A stretch of DNA of 60,276 bases, the filler included, from Stramenopiles sp. TOSAG23-6 (Eukaryota), in NCBI GenBank assembly GCA_900128565.1. It is 12 parts of 12 records of this genome, joined end to end, with 100 filler letters (N's around TTAATTAATTAA, not from the genome) between each part and the next. Parts side by side here need not be neighbours in the genome. Positions count along the whole stretch, not along the records: positions 1 to 4,951 come from LT637007.1; positions 5,052 to 10,001 come from LT637008.1; positions 10,102 to 15,045 come from LT637009.1; 9 more parts are not named here. The stretch is one strand, 5' to 3'. Shown piece by piece: positions 1 through 10,189 of this stretch (positions within the stretch are counted from its first letter, which is position 1; each line of letters begins with the position of its first letter). A program made the position numbers and the translations under genes. The notes beneath the pieces are model-generated. The model ran no database searches, was not told where the DNA came from, and saw only the letters and a list, made by a program, of their open reading frames with translations.

Positions 1-1
1 A

Positions 2-901
2 GACAAATTAGAAGCTTTCAAGTGGTATACTAAATCTGCGAATGCTGGTAATAGTACTGCACAAACTAATCTTGGTTATTGCTATTATAATGGTGTTGGT
101 GTTGCTGAAGACAAAGAAGAAGCTTTCAAGTGGTATACTAAATCTGCGAATGCTGGCAATAGTAAAGCACAATATAATCTTGCTAATTGCTATTTTGATG
201 GTGATGTTGTTGCTGAAGACAAAGCAGAAGCTTTCAAGTGGTATACTAAATCTGCGAATGCTGGTAATAGTTATGCACAACATAATCTTGGTTTATGCTA
301 TGAAAAGGGTTATGGTGTTGCTATAGACAAAGAAGAAGCTTTCAAGTGGTATACTAAATCTGTGAATGCTGGTAATAGTGAAGCACAATATAATCTTGCT
401 AATTGCTATGAAAATGGTGTTGGTGTTGCTGAAGACAAAAAAGAAGCTTTCAAGTGGTATACTAAATCTGCGAATGCTAGTAATAGTGAAGGACAATATA
501 TGCTTGGCTTATGCTATTTTCATGGTGTTGGTGTTGCTGAAGACAAAAAAGAAGCTTTCAAGTGGTGGATTAAGTCTGCGAATGCAGGACACATTTCCTC
601 ACAATTTATTCTTGGTAAGTGCTTTTATGATGGTCGTGGTGTCACTAAATGTTTGAAAACTGCAGCAAAGTGGAATATAAAAGCAGAAAAGCAGTTAAAA
701 GATGTAACAGATGATACTCTAAAGAAACGCATAATTGAATACAGCAAATCAACATGTTTTACATGTGGTAAAGAGGGTANACATAAAAAAATGCTTATTT
801 GTAGTCGGTGTAATTGTGTGACATATTGTTCAAAAAAGTGTCAGAAAATACATTGGAAGAGCACACACAAAAAAAAGTGTTTGAAGAAAACAACAAAATG
901 A
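2..901 (+). CDS. Sel1-like repeat protein with C-terminal MYND zinc finger (5' partial)
   Basis: Frame open from base 2. 36-aa (108-bp) repeats AQYNLA.CY..GVGVAEDK.EAFKWYTKSANAG, then CFTCGK...CSRC..VTYCSKKCQKIHWK..HKKKC. Confidence 0.9.
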   Translation, partial: DKLEAFKWYTKSANAGNSTAQTNLGYCYYNGVGVAEDKEEAFKWYTKSANAGNSKAQYNLANCYFDGDVVAEDKAEAFKWYTKSANAGNSYAQHNLGLCYEKGYGVAIDKEEAFKWYTKSVNAGNSEAQYNLANCYENGVGVAEDKKEAFKWYTKSANASNSEGQYMLGLCYFHGVGVAEDKKEAFKWWIKSANAGHISSQFILGKCFYDGRGVTKCLKTAAKWNIKAEKQLKDVTDDTLKKRIIEYSKSTCFTCGKEGXHKKMLICSRCNCVTYCSKKCQKIHWKSTHKKKCLKKTTK

Positions 902-1256
902 GATATTGCTTTCATATTTTTTGATGTAAAACAACGCCAAACAAAAACAAATGGATAAAATTATTATTTTTTTTATTACACTCTAAATTGAAATTGAAAA
1001 AAATAAATATAAATTTCATACAATCTATATAATACGGATTATTTAGAATAAGTTGATTTCTGTTTATAAATTCAGAAAAAGACTCAAAATTTTCATTTCA
1101 TAATTTATTTAAATGTTTTATACATTATAATACATAATTTAGCAATCCTCAAATGTTACATGATAATTAATATAATAAATAAATTTGTTTTATGCAGACC
1201 TGTATAGCTTTAGTACTGGTCGACCAAGCTCAGGTAGATGAATTTCTTAATTTGTT

Positions 1257-2978
1257 TTATGCAGACCTGTATAGCTTTAGTACTGGTCGACCGAGCTCAG
1301 GTAAATGAATTTCTTCTTCAACGCGAGCGTCTTTTACTTCCTCTTTACTTTCCACATTGGCGATTTTTGGCAAATGAAGACTCTTAAACATACCACTGCT
1401 GTAGCTTTGACTGCGACGGCGAGACTGAGATATGCGACGCATTTCTTCGAGTTTCCAATGTCCTTTGGTCATTTCAAGTTTCGGTTTAATCCTTTGATTT
1501 CGTGAGTTAATTTTTCGACGAATCCGTTCTTGTAGAAATTTCATGGCAGTTGTTCCAGGTTTAGCCGGTGAATTACTTATTTGTCGTCTGCCAAATCGAT
1601 CTTGCGGTTGTAAATTCAAAGCATCCAATGGACCTTTGTCCAGTGGGTGTATATTTACGTTGTTTCGATATTTCGTGGACTCCATAGAGCGAAGTTTATC
1701 CTTGATTCGTTTGCTTAGACTCCACCCGGCAAAGGCTGGTGTGTCTTCTTCATCCGAATCAACTTCAGGTACTTCAACATCTGCGGCGGCATTGTCGACA
1801 GGATTAAAATTCTCACCAGCGACACGTTCTTCCTCCTGGTTACCCTGTACAGGAATAAAAGCCCCCAGATGCTCAGCAGAGTCATTTCCTGTCATGAACG
1901 GGTGTATTTGACCACGTGATAATTGCCTTAAGTTATCCTGTGCTGTCATGAACGGAAGTATTTGACCACGTGATGATCGTCTTTGGAATATCGAACCTCT
2001 TTGGAATATCGAACCAGCCTTGCGAAGCATTAATTTTGCTGCACGACGAGCGCTTGATCCTGGTGTAGTATTCTCAAAGACTTGTCGTGGAGGATCCACT
2101 TCAAAAGCGCCAAAAGCGGCGCCTTCTTCGGCCGCCAGGTCGCCATCCGAAAGAAGCCCATCTCCTTCAACCAATTGTCCAGGTTTTGGCATTGCATCCA
2201 TTACGGGCGGCTTTAGATCCCTTGATGGAATTGGGGGTGGCTTTAGATCCCTTGATGGAATTGGGGGTGGAATCCGAGCTGGTATTTCAGGTAAGTTTGA
2301 ATCATTATCTACTTCAGGTGTATCATCTTCTTCAACAGATGCAGCAGATTTAGCTTCAGGTGTATCATCTTCTTCAACAGATGCAGCAGATTTAGCTTCA
2401 GGCGTATCATCTTCTTCAACAGATGCAGCAGATTTAGCTTCAGCTACATCTTCTTTAATAGCCTCTTCTTCAACAGGTGTAGCAGCTTCTTTGGCGTGTG
2501 TGGCTACATCTGCGGCTGGGTCTAACTCGCCAGCAATTCGACGTGGTGCAACAGCTTTTACAAGTGGCGCCCCAGCTTTTACAAGTGGTGCCTCAACAAC
2601 TGGTACTTCGGCAATTGTAGCAAGCTCTGGAGCCGTCAATTTTGACAAAAGTGGCGCGCGTGATTCTGCTTCGGTAACAATTGATGCTCCCTCAGCTAGA
2701 ATTGCAGCTAGTTCAGCATCAAAAGCTGCATCAGCTGCTGCCTGTGCTACTCTTGCTGCTTTCACGTTTGCCTCTATGGCACCACCGACTGTGTTCATTT
2801 TCGCGACTTCCACTGTTCGGCTGAGGTGGTTCAGAAGCACATCCGCCATTGATTCGTTTTCTTCTTCCGTGAAGTAAGCTTCGCCATCAGGACCCCATCC
2901 ATCATTCGCGACATCAAGTGCCGCCATGACGCTTGGTATGAGAGCGATGAGGAATAAACATTGAATTGATGTACGCAT
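1257..2978 (-). CDS. Putative secreted low-complexity protein with internal repeats
   Basis: Long ORF with signal-peptide-like N-terminus (MRTSIQCLFLIALIPSVMA). Repeats EAKSAASVEEDDTP x3 and PPPIPSRDLK x2. Confidence 0.7.
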   Translation of the reverse strand: MRTSIQCLFLIALIPSVMAALDVANDGWGPDGEAYFTEEENESMADVLLNHLSRTVEVAKMNTVGGAIEANVKAARVAQAAADAAFDAELAAILAEGASIVTEAESRAPLLSKLTAPELATIAEVPVVEAPLVKAGAPLVKAVAPRRIAGELDPAADVATHAKEAATPVEEEAIKEDVAEAKSAASVEEDDTPEAKSAASVEEDDTPEAKSAASVEEDDTPEVDNDSNLPEIPARIPPPIPSRDLKPPPIPSRDLKPPVMDAMPKPGQLVEGDGLLSDGDLAAEEGAAFGAFEVDPPRQVFENTTPGSSARRAAKLMLRKAGSIFQRGSIFQRRSSRGQILPFMTAQDNLRQLSRGQIHPFMTGNDSAEHLGAFIPVQGNQEEERVAGENFNPVDNAAADVEVPEVDSDEEDTPAFAGWSLSKRIKDKLRSMESTKYRNNVNIHPLDKGPLDALNLQPQDRFGRRQISNSPAKPGTTAMKFLQERIRRKINSRNQRIKPKLEMTKGHWKLEEMRRISQSRRRSQSYSSGMFKSLHLPKIANVESKEEVKDARVEEEIHLPELGRPVLKLYRSA

Positions 2979-3375
2979 TTTCAAACTAAGTTTAAAAGTA
3001 TAAAAAGTATATATTAGGATAAACTAACTCTTGTGCGCATATGAAGCAACACCAGCAAAAAAAGTTTTCATGCGCGCACCTACTTTGTCAGCTGCTGACG
3101 CGCTGACGTTTTTTCTTAGGTACGAATATTTGTACGTAACCATTTTGATGCACTTTTGATGACGCGCCACCGCTGAGTTGAGTTCCTGGGCAAAACAAGC
3201 AGTTTTGTTCTGAAATATTGTCAGCTGATCAGGTCGATTACTGAATTTCGAATCAAATCGAATAATTTCTACATCTTTCAAACAATTCGATTGTTTTGTT
3301 AGGTACAAGATTTTCATGAAAAAAATGTAAAATCGAATAATGTCCACATCTTTATATTTAGCAATAAATGTAAAC

Positions 3376-3474
3376 GTACGTTTTTATTTCAATTTCGAAT
3401 TCAAATTTTTTTTTTCGTATGAAATTTTGTACCTAACAATTATTTTTTTTTCGAAATATTTTTTTACAATATAC
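3376..3474 (+). other. Family intron, GT...AC
   Basis: GTACGT donor, GTACCTAAC, ends TTACAATATAC. Removal gives VN|PAFD. Confidence 0.6.
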
Positions 3475-3606
3475 CCAGCATTTGATTGTACACCGCATAA
3501 GTATATCACAGGTATTATTACAGAAGAAATGATTTTTTATCCACCATATGAATTAAGTCTTCGTCGCGCCTGTGACCTTGCAAAAGCAACAAGAAAACGA
3601 AAATGA
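3475..3606 (+). CDS. Terminal exon of MRI1/eIF2B-family protein (rest of gene absent)
   Basis: [17 protein letters not shown] matches the NPAFDVTP..ITGIITE C-terminal motif of methylthioribose-1-phosphate isomerase. Confidence 0.7.
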   Translation, partial: PAFDCTPHKYITGIITEEMIFYPPYELSLRRACDLAKATRKRK

Positions 3607-3843
3607 TATGACTAAGAAATAAATAAAAGCAACAAGAAAATGAAAATCTAAAATAAACAAATGTTTTTGTACAATTTTTATTGTGTTTTCAATAGAATAA
3701 ATAGCCAATGATTATTTAACATATCAACACATCAAAGAACTTTTCTTGAATGGAAAAGTAGTTTCACAATATCTTGATCTCCATATTGAATCTTTTCAAC
3801 TTTTAGCAATGCTGTATACTTTTGAAAATATTTTCTTCATCAT

Positions 3844-4719
3844 TCATGGTCCATCTTCACCTGCTTGAGCAATCGCACTTGCAGCTTCAAGTAGTTGAAT
3901 TACTCCCGCATGACCACTCGTTGAAGCAATAGACAATGGGGTAGTTCCGCTGAAACTAGGTTGATTGACATCAGCACCAGCAGCAATTAGTTTTTCAACT
4001 ACTCCTTCAGAACCTAGATGTGAAGCAACATACAATGGGGTAACTCCGTATTCATTAGCATGGTTGACATCAATTTCATCTGCAGCGAGAAGTAATTCAA
4101 CTACTCCCGCATGACCATTCGCTGAAGCAATCCACAATGGGGTTTCTCCGTTTTTATTAGCATGATTGACATCAGCTCTTGCTTTTATAAGAAGTTGAAC
4201 TACTTTATAATGACCATTCCATGACGCAGCAAGCAATGGGGTCCATCCACGTTCTGTAGCCTGATTGAAATCAGCACCATTATCAAGAAGTAGTCGAACT
4301 ACTACCTCATAACCATTATATGAAGCAGTATACAATGCGGTTTGTCGGTTTCCAATAGTCGCGTTGACATTAGCACCAATTTTCAANAACAAATTGACTT
4401 TCTCTGTGTCTCCCTCCCCGGCAGCCTGGTAAAGGAATTTATTTGTTGGGTCGTTTATCGCCCACGTAGAGTACTGAACATCTTGAAAAGCTCTTGAAGC
4501 CCCCCTCAATCCAATCGAATCATGAGATAGATAGTCTGTTACTCTATTGCTACCAACTCCCTGTTGTGGGGCTTGTAAAAGTTGCATGAGTTCTGTGAAG
4601 GGGAGAGTAGTAGGACTGTTATCTGTAGCTGCTACAGGGCTTGATGATGCTGCTTCAACTTCAATATGAAATACATTTTGAGATAAAAGTAACATTGTAC
4701 ATAATATAAACCGTATCAT
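3844..4719 (-). CDS. Ankyrin-repeat protein with signal-peptide-like N-terminus
   Basis: Five to six G.TPL..AS..GH..VV.LL repeats. Hydrophobic start MIRFILCTMLLL. Confidence 0.85.
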   Translation of the reverse strand: MIRFILCTMLLLSQNVFHIEVEAASSSPVAATDNSPTTLPFTELMQLLQAPQQGVGSNRVTDYLSHDSIGLRGASRAFQDVQYSTWAINDPTNKFLYQAAGEGDTEKVNLXLKIGANVNATIGNRQTALYTASYNGYEVVVRLLLDNGADFNQATERGWTPLLAASWNGHYKVVQLLIKARADVNHANKNGETPLWIASANGHAGVVELLLAADEIDVNHANEYGVTPLYVASHLGSEGVVEKLIAAGADVNQPSFSGTTPLSIASTSGHAGVIQLLEAASAIAQAGEDGP

Positions 4720-4951
4720 TTTGTTATGAGAGTAATTAGTTATACGTAGTAGTGTGCCAATTTGTTTACTGATTATTGTGCGCACACCAAAACGAACAAC
4801 AACAACAACACATGGTTATAGGTAGTTCCTGAGTCAGCTGATCAATTATTCAACTAAGAGAAAAGACTGTGTCAAAAAAACAAGCAGTTTTGTTCCGAAA
4901 TATTGACAACTGAATTTCGAATCGAATAATTTCTACATCTTTCAAAAAATT

Positions 4952-5051
4952 NNNNNNNNNNNNNNNNNNNNNNNNNNNNNNNNNNNNNNNNNNNNTTAAT
5001 TAATTAANNNNNNNNNNNNNNNNNNNNNNNNNNNNNNNNNNNNNNNNNNNN
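4952..5051. other. Artificial contig spacer (also 10002-10101, 15046-15145, 20087-20186, 25123-25222, 30156-30255, 35181-35280, 40205-40304, 45228-45327, 50248-50347, 55266-55365)
   Basis: Identical N-run/TTAATTAATTAA/N-run with stops in six frames. Flanking contigs steadily decrease in length. Confidence 0.97.
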
Positions 5052-5115
5052 TTTCATACCTAACGAATTGTTTTTTTTTACGAAAAAAAAAAAAAAATAT
5101 TTTTTTACAATACTT

Positions 5116-6048
5116 GTGATAAATGTAAAAAATTGTGTCGTCCAGGTGTATGTTTTATTTTTTTTTTCAATTTTGAATTTAGTTTTTTTTTTTATAAAAA
5201 TTTTGTACCTAACGAATTTTACAGAAAAAAAATATTTTTTCACAAGATGTTTTATTTTTTTTTTCAATTTTGAATTTAGTTTTTTTTCGTACGAAATTTT
5301 GTACCTAACGAATTTTACAGAAAAAAAATATTTTTTCACAATACGTACACCAGTTCACCGTTGTTCTTTGTGTGACTATGATGTACGTTTTGACTACTGA
5401 AATTTCGTATACATTTCATTATTGATCCGCTATTTCTTAACAAAACGTTTGACCAATTTCAAATTTATAATGTTTTTCACGATACATATGTGTGGTAATT
5501 GTATAGCTAATCAATTCTCTATAGAAAAAAAATCTGATATTGATAAAAATGAATCACGAATACAAGCATTAATTCCGCCTATAAGACCTCCACCTACAAC
5601 TTTGTATCAATTATTTATTGCTAGTGCAATGCTCAATCAAAAAATATTCGCAAAAACAAAGACTGGATGTCTACATTCGGGTATATATGTTTTCATGATG
5701 AATTTCGAATTTTTTTTTTTTTTTAAATTTTCTTTTATACGAAATTTTCGTACCTAACAAAACAAAATTTTAAATATTTTTTTACTATTTAGGGTCTGTG
5801 TTACCTCTGATTATTCCTTCCGCGCTGTGCCTAACATAAACTNTGATAAAGAGTATGAAAAGGCTTTGAAAAGTCTTGCTCCAAATTGTAAATTGAGTAT
5901 TTGTGGAGTCAGAAAAAATGATCAAAAATTGTCATCAATATTTGATCAGGAAGTGTCAACTTTATCAAAATTTGATCACCCAGTAGACTATAATTTGAAT
6001 TCTTTTCTTAGGCTTTCATTGCGAAAAAGCTTCGGGTTTCTTGTGTAA
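5116..6048 (+). CDS. ZZ-type zinc-finger protein, 3' part; exons 5116-5147, 5347-5382, 5488-5680, 5793-6048
   Basis: Spliced product CDKCKKLCRPG|TPVHRCSLCDYD|MCGNC reconstructs a ZZ finger only after intron removal. Confidence 0.75.
5148..5346 (+). other. Family intron, GT...GT, with tandemly duplicated body
   Basis: GTATGT donor, two GTACCTAAC units, ends CACAATACGT. Joins RPG|TPVH in frame. Confidence 0.7.
5383..5487 (+). other. Diverged family intron, GT...AT
   Basis: GTACGT...CACGATACAT. Joins CDYD|MCGNC. Confidence 0.75.
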
Positions 6049-6404
6049 GTAATAGATCTTCTACTACATAATCAATAAACTTTAAATAGATAGATGATGG
6101 TCTAAGATAGAAAGATTGCTCTACGTTATCTTGAGACAGTTGATAATTTTTCTTCTTAAAAATTGTTTTGGAACAAACCTGTCCAATCTCATTTTGTTTG
6201 ACGGTGATTTTTTCTTCGTCAGTCTTTCATGCGCAATATTTTTCATACGAAATTTCATAGCTAACACATATAATCACCGAAACAACGGACGACGTCGATC
6301 GTGTGATTGGAGACGAAAAACATTTTATTTCGTATCTTACTAAGGTAAAAGTATCTTATAGCAAAAACTTTCTGAAGAAAACAACACAAGAATTCTCAAA
6401 CAAA

Positions 6405-8524
6405 ATGCTTAACATTAACAAACTTTTCAAAGCTATAATCATTGGATCATTATTTGCTCGTATTGAAGCTATAGGGCAAGGTGCTGCTCTTCCTCACGTA
6501 ATCGCAGCTGTAGGTCTTTATATCATTGGAAAAAAAATTCTTAAAGGGATGAAAAGGAGCGCGAATGAGAATAATAAAATGCTTGCGTCTCAATTTTGTA
6601 AACATTTGCCGTTAAAGGATAATATGAACGTCGATATAGAGAAGTACGGTGAATGCATTGGTAAAGGTATGAAAGGATCTTTCAATGCGTTCTTCAAAAG
6701 GAATTTCGATTCTGATCAGTGTGCTAAATTTTGTGCTGTGCAGGAATTTTGCGAAGTACATAAAAAATATTGCTCCAAGAATGATAGAGTTAATAGTGCA
6801 TTTGAATCATACAGCCGTCAAGTGGACAAACTTAAACAAAATCAAATGAATTGTGAAAAGACATTTGAAGCAGCTGTTAAAAGAAGTTTAAAAGCGTTAG
6901 AGGAACCATTACAGAAACACTCTCAACTCAAAGCGAAAAACGACAATTTCGAGGGAAAAATCGACGAATTCGAGGAAAATATCGATGATATCGAGGAAGA
7001 AATCAGTCATATGGAAGACGAAGACAACTCACAAAAGGATAAAGAAAAAAACAAAATATCCGACTTGAAAAAAAAAAAAATATCCGACTTGAAAAAAGCG
7101 AAAGAAGAAGTGGGAAAGCAAAAAAGAAAGCAAAAAAGAAACAATGAGAAAATTCATAGAAATATTTTGGCTCTTATACCAATACTCCAACATTTCCAAG
7201 GGATGGCACCGAAGCCATGTGAATCTTGTACTTTTTCATCACTTTAATTTCGTAATTTAATTTTTTTGTACAAAATAATTTCTTTTAAATTTCTCACATT
7301 TTAATTTCGAAATTTCATGTTTTTCAACTCCAAAATCCAAAATCATTTTTTTTTGTTTGTTTTTGTTTGTTTATGTTGTTTTTTGTTTGTTTTTGTTTGT
7401 TTTTTGTTTGTTTTTGTACCTTTGTACCTTACAAAAATAAAAAAATGTTGGAAATATTTTACCAAAATTTATGGGAAAGTAAATTGGAGAGAGAAGAGGA
7501 AAAGGCCGAGGAAGAACTTCAAGCAAAAAGAAATCAGGAAAGTGCCGAGAAGAAAGCGAAAAAAAAATACTACGAAAAAGACCTAGGGTACTTACCATCT
7601 CAGTATGAAAAATTACAAGAATGCTTGAAGGGTAATTGTGATGAATGTGTGTATATTCCGGGCGTTTCCGGTGACGAAACCAAAACAAATGGGTATGAAA
7701 AACATATGAAGACAATTGAAAAAAATATAGCGAATGCAGAGTGTAAAAAACAAAAAGCCACAAAAACTTTCAATCTAAATCCCTTGAAAAAAAGAAAGCT
7801 GATAAAAAAAGCAAAAGAAGAATTAGACATGGCGTTGAAGGACAGAGATAGTCATGTGGCAATTTGTGGAAAGGGGAAACTGGAAGGATGTCGTCCGGAG
7901 AATGGCAAAATGACGGAAGCGAAAAAAAAACACCCCAATGGCATATATTACTCACTTAAGGTCTATGAAAAATTACAAGAATGCTTGAAGGGTAATTGTG
8001 ATGAATGTGTGCATATTCCGAGCTTTCCCGGTGACAAAGGAAAAACAGAGGGGTATGAAAAACATATGATGACAATTGAAAAAAATATAGCGATTGCAGA
8101 GTGTAAAAAACAAAAAGCCAAAAAAACTTGGTGGGGAAAAAACAAGCTGAAAAAAGAAGCACAAAAAGAATTAGAAAAGGCTTTGGAGGACAAACATAGT
8201 CATGTGGCAATTTGTGGAAAGGGGAAACTGGAAGGATGTCGTCCGGAGGAGGGCAAAGAGAATTCAAATGACGACGACAATGCAGATGGTGATGGTGGTG
8301 ATGGTGGTGATGGTGGTGATACAGGTGGTGATACAGGTGGTGATGATGGTGCTGATCCTGCTGGTGCTGGTCCAACTGGTGATGGTGCTAAGGCAGGTGG
8401 TGATGTTGATAATGCAAATAGTGCTAAGGCAGGTGGTGAAGCAGGTGGTGAAGCAGGTGCTAAGGCAGGTGGTGATGCAGGTGGTGATGGTGATGGTGGT
8501 GATGGTGATGATCAAGGCGCGTGA
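6405..8524 (+). CDS. Secreted or membrane Cys/Lys-rich repeat protein with Gly/Asp tail; exons 6405-7227, 7473-8524
   Basis: Hydrophobic N-terminus. Intron 7228-7472 (GT...AT) joins the two ORFs in frame (CES|WESK). Two Cys-rich repeats 360 bp apart. Confidence 0.7.
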
Positions 8525-8951
8525 TAGACAGCGTTGACAGTGATGGTACTTCAAGATGAAAAAGTGAAAAAACTATAAATTTTGTTTATCAGTGTATATA
8601 CTATATGTAGTAGTAAGAATATAATGAGTTTCTGAGATTTGAGAGGAAATCGAAAAAAATAGGTTTATTACTTAGTAATTACGATAATAAAAAATATTTC
8701 ACGCACATTTGCTTTTATATTTCACGAATTTCGTGTTTCTCCGGATTTCAAAACATTTTTTCTGTCATGATCAGATCTGCCTGATGTCAACACTTGTGAC
8801 ACAATACTACGCTGCGTTCTCTTTTGAAGTGCGCCGCATAGTGTTTACAAGTTTAATCCAAATTAAGTTATTTTAGAACGAGCTGAATTCAATAGTTTGT
8901 ATTTACAAATTGTATACGTATTCTTATTGGAAGCGTCCATTCAAGTTGAAG

Positions 8952-9900
8952 ATGGATATACTTTTACCAGATACAAGCGGTGTAGCAAAAGACTTTGAAA
9001 AGTTTTCTGTTGCAGACAGCAACGTAGGAAATATTTCTGAAGATAGTGAAGAGGTTGACTATAATGAGGATACGTCAGGAAATGAAGAACCGGATAATAC
9101 TGTGGTTATATCAAAGAAAAAGCTGATAAAAATTCCCCTCAAGACGACGAAAAAGAAGAAAACGACGTCCGAATTACAGCAAACCCGAGATGTACAAGAA
9201 GCTTCTGTACATGAGACAAAAGAAACAACAAAAAGAAGTATAGCGCAGCATACTGTCCCATCATATGAATTTAAACCAAAGTACAGTAATAGTTGTTTGG
9301 GGTTTTTGTTTATTTGTAATAATGAATCAGAAAAAAAATTCTTTAAAGATGACGTTTTTATAGGGGATAACTACTTTTGGGCAATGGGTGGGAGTGCAAT
9401 TAAACTTGGAACCCCCTTGTTTTTGTATAATGTGGACCAACATATTCTCATGGGGCCATATAAGGCTAATGGAAAAGCAAAAAGGCAAATGACAACAAAA
9501 AAACTGGAGGTTGCCTTTGAATTTCGTGATGATACCTCAAGTGTTACACTAAAAGTTGATTTATGTAAGGAAAATCCAAATTTTGCGCGTCCTAAACTAC
9601 AGCAAAATGAGTTTGATCAGTTGCGTCTACTTCTAAAGAAAGATAGTAAATACAGCCAATGGTATGCTGATGATGATAATTGTAATAATAATGATGATGT
9701 TTTAGATGATACTAGCGTTAGTGAGGAGGAATTCAATAATAAGCCTAGTATGTGTACGTTTTCATCATTTCAAAAAAAAATTTCATAGAAAATTTCGTAC
9801 CTAACTATTTTTTGTAACAAACCAAAAAAAAAATAATATTTTTCACACTAAATGTGTTGCGAATAGTAACAAATACCCTTTTGACAAATTCGATGATAAT
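8952..9900 (+). CDS. DCD (development and cell death) domain protein, 3' partial; introns 9754-9853 and 9901-10001
   Basis: GFLFICNNES...IKLGTPLFLYN...LMGPYKA is a DCD-like motif. Both introns are GT...AT. Confidence 0.7.
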
Positions 9901-10189
9901 GTATGTTTTATTGTTTTTCAAATTCGAATTTATTTTTTTATAAAAATTTTGTACCTAACAAATTTAATTTTTTTTTTTTGAAATATTTTTCCAAAATACA
10001 TNNNNNNNNNNNNNNNNNNNNNNNNNNNNNNNNNNNNNNNNNNNNTTAATTAATTAANNNNNNNNNNNNNNNNNNNNNNNNNNNNNNNNNNNNNNNNNNN
10101 NGGAAAAATATTTCAAAAAAAAATCGTTAGGTACAAAATTTTTATAAAAAAAAAATATAGATAAAAAATTGAAAATAAATAAAATATAC

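Noticed and set aside
1-600. CRISPR-like or regulatory periodic repeat
   Set aside because: The 108-bp period is coding Sel1 repeats. The overlapping ORFs are off-frame shadows.
2020-2877. 285-aa plus-strand ORF
   Set aside because: Antisense shadow of the low-complexity minus-strand gene.
4996-5007. TTAATTAATTAA palindrome recurring every ~5 kb
   Set aside because: Artificial six-frame-stop linker within N runs.
5004-5400. Recurrent small ORFs with [10 protein letters not shown] / FRTKFCT / KYFSKIH peptides
   Set aside because: Translations of the intron consensus, not a protein family.
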